63,250 nt of DNA, filler included, from Octopus bimaculoides (GCF_001194135.2; 7 parts of 6 records of this genome joined end to end with filler, not necessarily neighbours in it), one strand, 5' to 3'. Counted from the whole stretch's first letter, positions 49,823 through 63,098 are shown. Notes: generated from the sequence alone by a model not told the origin. Translations and numbers: made by a program.

Positions 49823-50802
49823 ATATTCTTAGTGCTCTAAAATTAGATGAGTTGGAGAGGAGGTATTTGTTTCACTCAAATATGCATAGCTACTTTTTAT
49901 ACAGGGTATTTCTGATTAAAATTACTGTAATATTAATAAAGTCACTGTTACTGGACAGAATCAATAGAGTCAAAGAGTTCAACAAAGTTCAGTTCACAAT
50001 ATACAACGAAAGCTTGACGACCAAAACTAGTCAAATGAATCTAAATAATTAATGATATTATTAAGATAATTTCTTAGGTAGTAATAAAGTCTGAGATTTA
50101 TAAGTAGTGTTTAATTAGATGTTTGAATATACGTCAGGGTCATTACCGGATGTAACTGAAGTGGTTTTAAATGGTGAGTCTAACTGGATGACACATTTCC
50201 AATTAAAATATCATGTTTCTTCAAAAATAATATTTTATTCTGTTTTATAATTTATTTCACATATTTTTGCGTAGTCATAAAAGAAAAGGCAGCATTCAGG
50301 ATCACTGCGGATGGTGTAAGAAGGGAATATGTTATATCTAGACCAGAGCTCTGGTCCTAATCCGTGTAACAAACTGGATTCTTCTAAATTCCTCCACGGA
50401 CCAAGTGATGGCGTTAAACCAGGTGTTGGAACATTGGAAACTGTGAGAGACTTTCAAACCGTTTCTGGCTACCAAATTTCACTCTTAAGGCTTAAACCAT
50501 GTAATATAAACAAGCGTGTATTTTGCACCAAAAGTCAACAGGACAGTTTCTTTCATGGTATCTACCGACTGGATTTTTTTCTGCAGAACGTCTACACTTG
50601 CTTATATTGCTAATGGAGAGATGAATTCCCATCAACTCCAGTGCCAAGACCACCAGATTACCTGAATTTGACCTTCCTTGATTCTATAAGAGATGGACGC
50701 TCGACCGCTGGAGATAGCAGCGACTCACCTCTCACCACCCCGCTCGTGATACATAGGAAATTTATCACGATTAGCCAGTGAGCCTGTTGAAAAGAATATA
50801 TA

Positions 50803-50845
<43 letters not shown>

Positions 50846-53800
50846 ATTAGGAGATGGATTTCGTATCAGACTTTTATTAAATCGATCTCCTACTATTAAT
50901 TAATACTATTACCTAACAACAACTCCGGAGTTCCTGGAGTAGATCCAACGGAAGTGTACCACAACTGCAGATGACAACAGATAGCCTGAACTGTGCCGGT
51001 ACTCTACTCAACATTTAAACACATTAATCGGCTTGTCCAAATTATTTATTATATATATATATTAGGGGCAGTATTAATATCGAGAGGTAATACTTATTCC
51101 CATTTAAACGTGGATGTTCTGTTAAAACAAACTTTACTACGGTAGATACCATGAGAGAAACTTTCATATCTGCTTTTGGTGCAAAATACTCGCTGGTTTA
51201 TATCGCTAGCGGGGAGATAAATCCCCACCAACTCTAGCACCCAGATCACTATATCGCATGATTTCGACCAAGGCTTAAATCATGGTCCAAAGACTTGATA
51301 TTAAATACTTGCCGAGCATTACGATCTTATAATAATTTTGCTTGTTTCTCTGTTACTTAGTCCGTCTGTAACGCTTTCACGTGATTAGATGATGTGAAAG
51401 GCGAAGAGTGAAAGGAAAAGGAAAGAGAAAAAAAGGTAAAGCGAGGAGTGAGAGAGAAAGCGGTAGAATACTGTGTATTAAACCTTTAAAATTGTGCATA
51501 AAGTATATAAAGTGTATATATAAATTGCATTAACTAATCATCGTATTCCAATTTCCTTCACCTTTCAATGATTAGCAGATGAACAACTATCTTTTGAAAC
51601 AGACACGACACAGGCTACGCTTTCAGGTTTTCAGAAATAGCCAATAAACTGCGTAACTGCAAAGCGAACACCTAAATTATACCACCATGCCTGTGTTCAC
51701 ACTAAGCGAAAATATTTTGAGGACCAAAGAATATGAGAAGTTGCGATATTTATGTATTTCTACACAGTGTTATCACTACCAGCACTGTAGTCCCATTGAA
51801 TCGAAACAATGTTGCCACCTCGTTCCGGCAGTTGCTTGTTTATTATTCTGCAAGATCCAGAGATAACAAATTGACAAACAGCATAGAGTAGTCCCCTTGT
51901 TAATATCCAGCGTTTTAGAGTTCAATTTCTACTAGTGTTTTTATAATCTCTCATGACTTGATAATGTAGTTAATTATAACTGTATAAGGCAGCGAGCTTG
52001 CAGAATCATTAGTACTCTGGGCAAAATGCTTAGCGGCGTTTCGCTTGTCTTTACGTTCTGATTTCAAATTCTGCCTTTCAACCTTTCAGAATCGATAAAA
52101 TAAGTACTAGTTGAACATTGGGATCGATGTAATTGACTTACTCCTTCCCACGAAGTTGTTGGCCTTGTGCCTAAATTGGAAATTAATATAATACAGTATT
52201 CATATATTAACAGTTTAGATCTTAATTATGAAAAAATATGAAACCATTATTCTATGCTAATTTATTTAATTGTAAGATAGAAATTTAAATGTAATAAAAT
52301 GTTTTAAAAGAAATTCAAAGTGCCTACGTGATAACTGTAAACCTACTTTTGGGCCACCCTGTGTAACGGTATAGTCTCAGTCGATAACACATTCTGTTTC
52401 TGTACCCAAACAAATAAACAGTAATATTAATTAAATCCTGACTTCCTAATTAGGCGCATTGAAAGAAGCTGCAGTTGATTTAATCGGCTCCGGTACTCTA
52501 ATGGGGCTAAATTTTAGCAACGCAGAAAATACAAACGGCAAATCTATCGTGGTTGGATTTGAGCAAGGAATGTAAAGAGCTAAACATTAAATCTACAAGA
52601 TGTGTTGTCTGAAACGCAACTGATTTTGACATCCATCACCTTTTTATTTTCACAACTGATAAATCGCAAGGCATATAAATGTTTAAACCAGTCTTAGTAT
52701 ATTACTTATCATAATTTGTTGATGGGATCTGCAATGATAACATAGAAATAGTATTCAGCTGAATTTGAGCCTAGAATTAGAGGGACAGAACAAGAATTCT
52801 AAAAAGGATTTTACTCAGTACTTAACCGTCCCTTCCACTTATCTTCTAGTAATTATAATAAGGATTTCTCAGAAAGACACTTAACTGTAGAGAAGAAGGT
52901 GTATTGTCAATTAAATAATGAATCCAGTACTGTAGGATAACAGCAAAGATGGCTGCAAAAACAAAATAACAAGCAAAACAATAATAATAATAAAAAGGAA
53001 AAATTTCCAATTAATTATGTGGTAATACATCAGCCATGCCACAAGAAGGGTGAAACAGTCGGAACAGTTCAAGAAGTAAAAGAGAACAAAATAACAAAAA
53101 TAAAGTGATCATTTCTTTAACGCAAAGGATTTTTCAATGTAAATTTCTACGCAATTACATTTCTGCTCGTCTCTAGCACCACTAACAAATTTTCAGGATT
53201 AAACCAGTTACAACTACAAGAACCACGAACAAATTGTAAATCTTGTGTAAATGGTTGGCTTAGAATCTATGACAGCTGAATGGAGGGCTTATTGTAAATA
53301 TTACAGGGTTTCTCCAAAGTTGAAACAACAAAAATAAAATATAATATATTAGGCAAGTATGTCAAAGTTGTCTTGAAATTAAGCAAGTTAAAGATACAGA
53401 GTATTAAGAAGATCGGAGAAAGAGAAAGCACTGTAATAGGTGGCGAAACAGAGGGACGTTAGAGTGTCGGATAGAATATTTCGCGTTTTTTGTTCTGATA
53501 CTCTCGGTTCTGAGCTCAAATCCGGACGAGGTCAATTTTGACTTTCCTTCTTTTGGAGTTAATAAAAAACGTACAAATCCAGAGTGGTGGGGATTGTGAA
53601 ACTGAAAGAAATTCAGATTTGATGCATTGTACCATTCATTTGTTCCGGCTCTTTTCACTCTGAGTTCAAACACTGTAATGGACTGACTTCGCCTGGTTAT
53701 GGTGGTTTAACATAAACATCTGACACCTAGAGCACCTTTAGCAGAGTCCACTGTGTTGTAAGTATTGGAGAGAATGGTGCATGTATCGTGTTTAAGAATA

Positions 53801-54278
53801 CCTTCTCTCTCAGAAAACTCGGCGGTCCTGTGAGTGGTCGTATGCATCCCTGACTAAAAAAAAAACAACAAAAAACAAAAACTGAAGTAAAACCAAAATT
53901 AGAACTAGAATAGGATCTTTTCCCTTTGGCCGGCACATTTAAAAAATAATTTTTGTAACTAAACACTTTCAAAATTCGTATACTGGTAGCATGTGTCACA
54001 TAAAACATCATTTACTCTTGGCGTTTTTGAGAAAATTGTGTATTTTCGAAGTGATTTCGTGTTAAAGTTGTCGTATTTCGGTAATTTCAACCAATCAATG
54101 ACGTCAATTGAAGGGAAAACAATTACTGCTGTTGTTTGTCAACAACAACTTCTGGCAGTGTATATTTCGTTTGTCACTGCTATAATATATTAGGCAAGTA
54201 TGTCAAAGTTGTCTTGAAATTAAGCAAGTTAAAGATACAGAGTATTAAGAAGATTCGTGCGTTTGTACTGGTTTTAGC

Positions 54279-54363
54279 TTTAGGGTTTGGGTTAGGGTTA
54301 GGGTTAGGGTTTTAGGGTCAGGGTTAGGGTTTTAGGGTCAGGGATAGGGTTTTAGAATTAGGG
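54279..54363 (+). repeat. Interstitial telomere-like (TTAGGG)n, degenerate
   Basis: TTAGGG, TTTAGGG, TCAGGG units; a shorter (CCCTAA)n is at 4309-4331. Confidence 0.85.
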
Positions 54364-54552
54364 TCGACTGGCACCCTCCCCAAAATTCGGGCCTTGTGCC
54401 TGAGTAGAAAAGAATATTACTAAATAGAGGAGAACATATGGAGATAAAATGAACGAAAGTTCTCGATAAAAATAATTTAGAGTATAGGTTTTATATTGGT
54501 TTCAAATATAGACAAAATGGAACATATTTAGTAGGAAATGAACACCCTATTA

Positions 54553-54753
54553 CGAAGGGGTGCTGAAAAGCTCCTGGCTTTAAAGATATAGTGAAAGGGT
54601 TCCGAGTTCTTTTACAGGGCTTACAAAAACTAAAGGCTCGCTGCAATAAGTGTATTATCTGAGATGAGAATATGTTGAATAAAATCATAATTAACTGATC
54701 CTCCTGTATTTTCTTTTACCCAAAACCAGGAACTTATTAGCCTCGCCTCCTCG
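54553..54753 (+). mobile_element. Mariner MITE, second family
   Basis: TA-CGAAGGGGTGCTGAAAAGCTCCTGGC ... CCAGGAACTTATTAG..CTCG-TA; internal GLQKLKARCNKCI transposase remnant. Confidence 0.7.
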
Positions 54754-55206
54754 TATATTGACTCAGTATTTGAATTAAATACTAGTCGCGTACTGGGGTC
54801 GGTATAATCGACTGGCCCCCTCTCCCGCAAAAATTTCGGGCCTTGTGCCTAGAGTAGAAAAGAATAAGCTGTACTATTACATTAGTTGTAGTAGTAGTAG
54901 TGGTAATAATTGCAGTTGTAGTTTTAGAAGTAGCAGCTCTAAATTGTAATAGCAGTACTACTAGATGTACTAGTACAGGTTACAATAGTAGTGGATTCAG
55001 TAATAGTAGTTATTGTAATAAATTTAGTAGCATTAGTAGTTGTAATAGAACTTGTGGTAACGGTACTAGTAGCCCTAATAGCAGAAGTAATACTTAGTAG
55101 CAGTAGAAGTTTTAATGATGGTCAGCCAGATATCAGTTGGAGCGTAAATATACTAATGGCAGCAGCAGCAGTAGTAGAAGTGGTGCTTGTAATATTAGTA
55201 GTAGTA

Positions 55207-55620
55207 AGGGACCGAGCTGGCAGGAACGTTAGGATGCCGGGCGAAATATTTAGCGGTATTTCGTCTGCCGCTACGTTCTGAGTTCAAATTCCGCCGAAGT
55301 CAACTTTGCTTTTCATCCTTTCGGGGTCGATAAATTAAGTACTAGTTTCGCACTGGGGTCGATGTAATCGACTTAATCCGTTTGTTTGTTCTTGTTTGTC
55401 CCCTCTATGTTTAGCCCCTTGTGGGCAATAAAAAAACAAGAATCATTAGCATGCTGGATAAAATGCTTAGCATCATTTCTTCCGTCTTTACGTTCTTAGT
55501 TCTTATTTTGCTAAGGATGACTCCACCTTTCACTCCTTCGGGGGTCGATAAAATAGGTAGCAGTTGAGCACTGGAGTCTATGTAATCGACTTATCCCCTT
55601 GTGCCAAAATATGAAATCAA
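55207..55620 (+). mobile_element. Family A SINE, dimeric form
   Basis: Complete unit, linker CCCCTCTATGTTTAGCCCCTTGTGGGCAATAAA, then a second headless unit. Confidence 0.85.
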
Positions 55621-55722
55621 TATTAATAGTAGTAGTACTTGTCTCCTTTTCAAACCTGTCCGACAAGACTTTTAAATCAAAAGTGCGACGATCATGACGA
55701 TCTTCTCTTGTCTCTATATTTA

Positions 55723-56103
55723 GGTGGAGACGCAATGGCCCAGTGGTTAGGACAGCGGACTCGCGGTCATAGGATCGCCGTTTCGATTGCCAGACCGGGC
55801 GTTGTGTGTGTTTATTGAATGAAAACACCTGAAGCTCCACGAGGCTCCGGCAGGGGATGTTGGTGAACCCTGCCGTACTCTTTCACCACAACTTTCTCTC
55901 ACTCTTCCTGATTCTGTTGCATCTATATTTCAAAGGGTCAGCCTTGTCACACTGTGTGTCACGCTGAATATCCCCGAGAACTACGTTAAGGGTACACGTG
56001 TCTGTGGAGTGCTCAGCCACTTGCACGTTAATTTCACGAGCAGGCTGTTCCGTTGATCAGATCAACTGGAACCCTCAACTTCGTAAGCGACGGAGTGCCA
56101 ACA
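55723..56103 (+). mobile_element. tRNA-derived SINE, family B, apparently full length
   Basis: Same head and body as 1759-2108, ends GACGGAGTGCCAACA. Confidence 0.85.
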
Positions 56104-56341
56104 GGGCTATATTTAGATCTTAATTTCCACCATGATCTGCCTTTTCTTAAAACAGTAGAGTGTGATTTGAGGAAGAATTGGTAGCTATCTTTAGCAGCTC
56201 CAGCGATCACTTAGTGGTTTCCTTGTTAGTATAGTGGTAGCAGAGAAAGGTTTGATGGTGATAGTGGTGGTGGTGGTGGTGGTATGCTGGTGGTGTTGGT
56301 TGCGATAATATTTGTGGTGGTAATAGTGTTAACTATACATT

Positions 56342-57425
56342 AAGGCGGCGAGCTGGCAGAAACGTTAGCACGCCGGGCGAAATGCTTAGCAGTATTTCGT
56401 CTGCCGCTACATTCTGAGTTCAAATTCCGCCGAGGTCGACTTTGCCTTTCATCCTTTCGGGGTCGATTAAATAAGTACCAGTTACGCACTAGGGTCGACA
56501 TAATTGACTTAATCCGTTTGTCTGTCCTTATTTTTCCCCTCTGTGTGTAGCCCCTTGTGGGCAATAAAGAAATAAGAATCGTTAGCACGCGAGACAAAAT
56601 GTTTAACTACGTTTTCGCTCCTTCTCTACGATCTGAGTTCAATTTTCGCCGCAGTCGACTTTGCTTTTCATCCTTTCGAGGTCGATAAAATAAGCATCAG
56701 CTGATCACTGCAGTCGGTATAATCGACTCGATCACCTCTTTCAAAATACCAATCGTATTAAAGCTTTGATTAAAGCAACGAGCTGGCAGAATCGTTAGCA
56801 TGCTGGACGAATAGCTTAGCGATATTTTGCTCATCGCTACGTTCCAAGTTCAAATTCCACCGAGGTCGACTTTGCCTCTCATCCTTTCGGGGTCGATAAA
56901 TTAAGTACAAGCTGAGCACTGGTGTCAATGTAATCGATTAGTCCTCTGCCCACAGATTTCAGACCTTGTACCTATAGTGGAGAGGAGATTCATTAGCACG
57001 TCGGGCAAAACGCTTAGCAACAGTTTTGTCCGATCTTTATGTTCTGAGTTCAAATTCTTCCGTGGCTGACTTTGTCTTTCATTCTATCGGGATCTATAAA
57101 ATACGCAATAGTTAAGCACTGAGGTTGATGTAATCGACTTACTCCACTCCTCGAAATTGCTGGCCTTATACCAAAATTTGAAACCAATATGTAACACAAA
57201 CGTAAGGCCGCGTGATGGCTGGATTGTTAGTTCACCAAGCAAAATGCTTAGCGCCACTTTTGCCCGTCTTCACGTTCTGAGTTCAAATTCTGCTGTGGTC
57301 GACTTTGCCTGTCGTCCTTCCGGGGTCGATAAAATAAATACTAGTTGAGCACTGGGGTCAATATAATTGACTTACCCCAACCTCCCCCAAATTGCTAGCC
57401 TTGTGCCACAATTTGAACCCAATAG
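56342..57425 (+). mobile_element. Dense cluster of about five family A SINE units (first is dimeric)
   Basis: Units beginning about 56342, 56578, 56774, 56990, 57205, all same orientation. Confidence 0.85.
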
Positions 57426-57439
57426 TTTTAATGTATGTG

Positions 57440-57812
57440 CAGGAGTGGCTTTGTGGTAATAAGTTTGCTTCCCAACGATATGGTTCTGGATTCAGTCCCA
57501 CTGCGTGACGCCTTGGGCAAGTGTCTTCTACTAAAGCCACGGGCCGACCAAAGCTTTGTGAGTGGATTTGGTAGACGGAAACTGAAAGAAGCCCGTCGTA
57601 TACACACACACACACACATATATATTTGTGTCTGCGTTTATCGCTTGACAACCGATGTTGGTGTGTTTACGTCTAACTTAGTGGTTCGGCGAAAGTCACC
57701 GATAGAATAAGTACTAGGCTTACAAAGAATAAGTCCTGGGTCAATTTCTTCGATTAAAGGCGATGCTCCAGCATGGCTGCAGCCAAATGACTGAAACAAG
57801 TAAAAGAATAAA
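57440..57812 (+). mobile_element. Family D SINE, full length, internal (CA)n
   Basis: Colinear with 35625-36006. Confidence 0.8.
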
Positions 57813-57859
57813 TTAATACCTGCAGAAGTTGGTGATGGTGAAAGAGCTTGTGCTAGTGA

Positions 57860-58205
57860 TTATTCTGGTGGTGGTGGTGGTGATGGTGGTGCGGTGGTGG
57901 TGGCGGTGGTGGTAGTGGTGGCGGTAATGATGGTATCGGTAGTGGTTGTGGTTGTGGTGGTGGCTATTGGTAGTGATGGTAATGGTGGTGGTACTTGTGT
58001 TGGTGATGACATTGTCAGTGGAGATGTTGGTTCCAATGGTGGCATCATTAACGCTGGTGTTCGCACTGCTGGCTCTGTTAAACGATGGTGTTTGTGGTAA
58101 CGAAAGAGACGCTGGTGGTGACGGTGATGTTGACGGTAACGGTGGTGGTGATGGTTGTATTATAAATGATGGTGTTTGTACCGCTGGTGGTGGTAACGGT
58201 GGGGA
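57860..58205. repeat. Degenerate (GGT)n tract
   Basis: Directly visible. Confidence 0.9.
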
Positions 58206-58589
58206 CTCTGCATCAGTTAATATAGCTCATATTGTGTCTGAGGTTGGCTGTGTAACAGCGATTCAGTGTCTCGCTGCTGGAAGTTTCGGAATTGTATGTG
58301 TAAAGGAAAAGTTACTTAGCGCTCGCCGACAGCGTGTGTTGTAGCTTTTAGTTGAAAAATGGCATCGTAAGAATAGCCAATATGATCTCAAGATTAACCT
58401 ATTTCCGTTTCTGCTGACGGTCTTTCGCACTTTCATTCCTCCTAGGCCGTCGCAGCTATTATTCTATGCAACCAATGTTTCGCTATAGAAATATGAACGA
58501 ATACGACGGACTAAGGAAAGCATTTTGAGAAGAATTGCGGGAGACAGTATTTTCTTTTCTTCTTGCTTTTCATCAACGAAAGAGAAAGA

Positions 58590-59185
58590 AAGATCGAGAG
58601 AGAGAGAGAGAGAGAGGGGGGGAGGGAGAGTAAGAGAGAAAGAGAGAGAGAAGGAGTGAATGCTCATAAAAAAAGACGAAGATGTGAATGAAGAGAAAGA
58701 TGACGAAAGAAGATGATCAAGAAGAAGAAAAAGAAGGAGGAGGAGGAGGAGGAGAAGAAGAAGAAGAAGAAGAAGAAGAAGAAGAAGAAGAAGAAGAAGA
58801 AGAAGCAGTAGCAGCTGCAGGAGAAGGAGAATAAGAAACTAGAAGGGGAACAAATAGAATGAAGAGAAAAAAAAAGAAAGAAAAGAAATAGAAAAGACAT
58901 AGACAATAAGTAAGCGGCAGAAGAAAAACTAGCAGCAGCAGCAGCAGCAGCAGTAGTAGTGGTAGTAGTAATACTAGTAGTATTAGTAGTAGTTGAAGAA
59001 GGAGGAGGAAGAGGGGGAAGAGGGGGAGGAGGAGGAGGAGGAGACGACAAAGACGATGACAATGACGTCGACGACGACGATGACGTCGATGTTGATAATG
59101 ACGAAGAAGATGAAGATGATGATGATGATGATGGTGATGGTGATTGTGATGGTGATGGTGATGATGATGATGATGACGATGATGA
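58590..59185. repeat. Compound purine-rich microsatellite (GA, GAG, GAA, GCA, GTA, GAC, GAT)
   Basis: Directly visible. Confidence 0.95.
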
Positions 59186-59415
59186 ATTCAGAAGCAAAGA
59201 TTGTTCCTTTCAATGGTGCCTTAATTGATGGCTATTGAAGACGAGATAATGTAGTGAAATAAAGTGGAATGACATTCCAAGGCAAAGAAAATGGTTCGCA
59301 GTGTTGCAAAGTTGCCCTTCAATCAGATACCGCCATTAATATATATCTAAGGATGTGCGTTTACATACATACATGCATACATACATACATACGTAATACA
59401 TACATACATAGGTGC

Positions 59416-59469
<54 letters not shown>

Positions 59470-59944
59470 CCTTGTGTGTGTATGTGTGCATGTATGTATA
59501 AATGTATTTGCGTGATTGAGTAGGTATCTGTATATACCTGTGCACGTGTAGGAGTATAGTGAACGTGTATATAAACGAAAACATAAATATATAAATTTCT
59601 AAATATAGATATAGGTATGTATACACACACATATGCAAGCATACATACATGTATGCATACATACATACACATATACGTATATATCTATATATCTCTCTCT
59701 CTCTATATATATATACGTACATAAGTTTATATATATCTATATATATGCATATATATANNNNNNNNNNATAATATACATATATCATGTATAAAAAATGCAA
59801 AAAACATTTATATATAAATATGTACACATACATATACATATACATATGCATACATATACCTACCTACCTACCTACCTATCTATCTACCTACCTACATACA
59901 TATATATACTTACGTAGACTTATATAGTACGTACATTCATGTAC

Positions 59945-59978
<34 letters not shown>

Positions 59979-61087
59979 ATGTACTTGTGTGTGCGTGATT
60001 ATATGCATGTATACGCTTAACATCCAACATTTTACTGAACAAAGCAGGAATCTAATAAAGGCAAACAAAATAAGAATTAATGAATAAAAGAAGAAAATAT
60101 TAGGTTTTTAACACTTTTTGGTATAAAAACCATGGTAAAAATTATATTTTGACAGATATAACTTTTTGGACCATTTTAATCTTTAAACACGTTAAATGTA
60201 TTCCGCCGCTTCTCTCTGAGTTTTTTTTTTCTTTCTAACACGCTATGAGGTTCATTGTAAGACACATAGCTAATCGTTATTGCGGTAGTATTGTAATTGT
60301 TGTTGAAATGATGATGTTGGTTATGGTAGGAAAAATTGATGCTGGTCATTTCTGGGGTAATAACATAGTATTATTGGTGGTGTTCGTAATGATGGTGGTT
60401 GTTGTAGTGAGAGTAGTGGTGTTAGTGACTCAAAGAAAATATGTCTTTGAAATAAAAAGTTTATACTTTATTTTCCCTGTATTCTGCCAATACTCATACA
60501 AAATATGTGTTTATGATGTTGGCGCATACCCATGAATTCGTTATAGTTAGAAATGTGGTAACACCGAGAATCTGTGGCGTTCATTCAATGATAGTTAGTA
60601 TTCCATTTAGTGAAATCATGCCTACTAGAGAAGGAATCAATTGGTTCTGTGAATTACCTAAGCATATGTCAAAGGAATATAAGTAGACTTTCAATTAAAT
60701 AGCTTGTAAAATTTCTCTTGACACAATGTTTCCCACGTTCCAATGATTTCGTATTTGCTGAACTCTCAGTTTGTTCAGCAAGAGTTGTCGTCTTCGATGG
60801 TGACTAATGACTTGATATTAATGAAAAGGAAACGAAATACAATGCTTACTGTCTGTAGAAGATTGGTAACGATGTCCATTCCTGACTTGTAGTCACATTC
60901 GTGGCAATACATAGGCTAGTGGTCAGTATTAATATAATATTTAGCAGCTTACGGTCGGTTGGATCACCACGAACAAACAAGTCCTCATGAGCCCGCAAGA
61001 CCACAACCACAAACAATACATCAACGTGTCCTTTTGATGGCACTCAGAGTAAGATATTAAGGCTCAGCATCAAAGGTAGGCACCCCA

Positions 61088-61123
<36 letters not shown>

Positions 61124-61125
<2 letters not shown>

Positions 61126-62700
61126 TAGCAAAACACATCTCAAAGCTTTCTGCACATAAAATCCAAAAGAACAAACGCAACAGAAAAAGTGGAGGTTATC
61201 GTTCTCAGGTTGACATAGGACACAACTAGTGAGTTAGCAAATTAATTTCATTATTTCTCATTGCTTGGAGTAAGCCATAAAACCCGAGATCTGCAGTAAG
61301 ACCAAGAAACTTACCTGCTACAAGTTCAATAGCTAGCATCAAATGACCGGGAAGTATTTCTTCGTAGTAGCATCGTTCCGTCTGCTTATGAGAATGGGAG
61401 ATAGATGGAGAATAATGGGGTTATGTAAATTTTATAAAGAGGAAAAAAAAATGAAAAAGACCCTACTCAAAAAACAGAACCAAATCTCCAAAAACAAACA
61501 CTAAAAACTCGTGGTGGCTTATACTTCATGCGAAGAAGACACGCTCTCTGTTGAGGAAACATCCAAATCGTACCCTAAGCGGTGTTCCTAGCTCCCTTCC
61601 TACTTGAAATAAATGAAACTCACAGCAATACGCAGTAATACAATATACACAAGAAATATTCGAAAGATGATAGGCATCAAGAAGGAGATGGGATCACATT
61701 TCAAACGAAATTAAAAGGACAGAATAATAGTTGAAATATCGAACAGACCTTACAAGGCATTTTTAATGATACAGAAGACAAGATTCTTCACTTATAACGC
61801 AAGAGTTACCCACAAGAGTGTTTATAATTTCCAGCCCCAAAGAGCATAAGAGCGTGACTGAGAAGGTGGAGTGTCCTGATGAACGCAAGTGAATGTTTTA
61901 AATATTTAAATAAATGTTCAACATTGGTGTAAAGTAGAGGATTAATGGCGGTCGAGATCGAGGTGTTCTCTAGGAAACGCTGACGAAAATCAGATACCTG
62001 ACTTAGCAGTATTATCGAAGTATTTGACATCTCGGGTCATAATCTACAGAATTGGTAATGCAGTCAGCCGCGCTTGTTCGAGATGTGCACAGAGCGACTA
62101 AACCATGATGCAATCACTTGTCTCGTGTATCAGAATTGTTGACTTGTGCAATTTTATCGAACACCTGCTATCAAGAGTGGGACCAACCTGGCTATCGGGC
62201 TCTGTTATCAAGATGATTCCATCACCTTTATTTGGCGGAGGAATATAGTGAAAGTAGTTGTGTAGAGGACAAGATTGAAACGGTTGAAGACAGATACTTT
62301 CCTCTTTTGTCAAATCTTATCAGCTTTTCAAGTTCCGATTGAGCATTAAAGTGAGTGTGGGGAGGATAGTGTCAATTTCAAACAATTTGTTTTTGAAAGG
62401 TGGATAACAGTGGCATGGATGATCCGAGAGAACGATCCTGCTCTGATCATGTGCTTTTAGAATTGGAAGAAGACAGGTTAAGAGAGGGCGCTTACCTAAG
62501 TGCTAAGGGTGACTAAGCTTTTGTTGTGGTTCCTATGGGTAGTCCTCGGAGTTCCCAACGGAATTCTTTTGCTTATGTTTATGCGTTGTTTTCACGTAAA
62601 TCTGCTTGTCTCTTACCGGTTTTGTAACCTCTCCTTAGTAATGCCCCCCGTCTTATGTGAGACTATGTGGCTAATAAAAGAACTACTACTACTACTACTA
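61124..62700 (+). mobile_element. Decayed 3' part of a Tx1/L1-clade LINE
   Basis: CSRCAQSD*TMMQSLVSC (degenerate CCHC, 62075-62127), RTRLKRLKTDTFL, ERWITVA; AATAAA at 62673 then (CTA)n tail. Confidence 0.65.
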
Positions 62701-62763
62701 CTAGTAGTTGTTGCTGTTTTTATCTTTCTTCTTCTTCTTCTTCTTCTTCTTCTTCTTCTTCTT

Positions 62764-62794
<31 letters not shown>

Positions 62795-62821
62795 TTATTA
62801 TTATTATTATTATTATTACAT

Positions 62822-63040
62822 TAGGCGGTGAGCTGGCAGAATCGTTAGCATGCCGGCGAAATGTTTAACGATATTACGTCTGTCATTACTGCCTCTACGT
62901 TCTGAATTCAAATTCCGGCGAAGTCTATTTTGCTTTTCATCCTTTGGGGTTCGATGAAATAAATACCAGCTACGCTCTAGGCTCGACTAACTTCCGCGCC
63001 ACAAAAATTCCGGGACTTGTGCCTATATTAGAAAGAAATA
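62822..63040 (+). mobile_element. Family A SINE between microsatellites
   Basis: AGGCGGTGAGCTGGCAGAATCGTTAGCATGCCGG head; (ATT)n both sides. Confidence 0.8.
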
Positions 63041-63058
63041 TTATTATTGTTGTTGTTA

Positions 63059-63098
<40 letters not shown>

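Noticed and set aside
52190-52365. Possible Tc1-like right end (CCAAAAGT...CCACCCTGTGTA)
   Set aside because: No matching left TIR found, too little to call an element.
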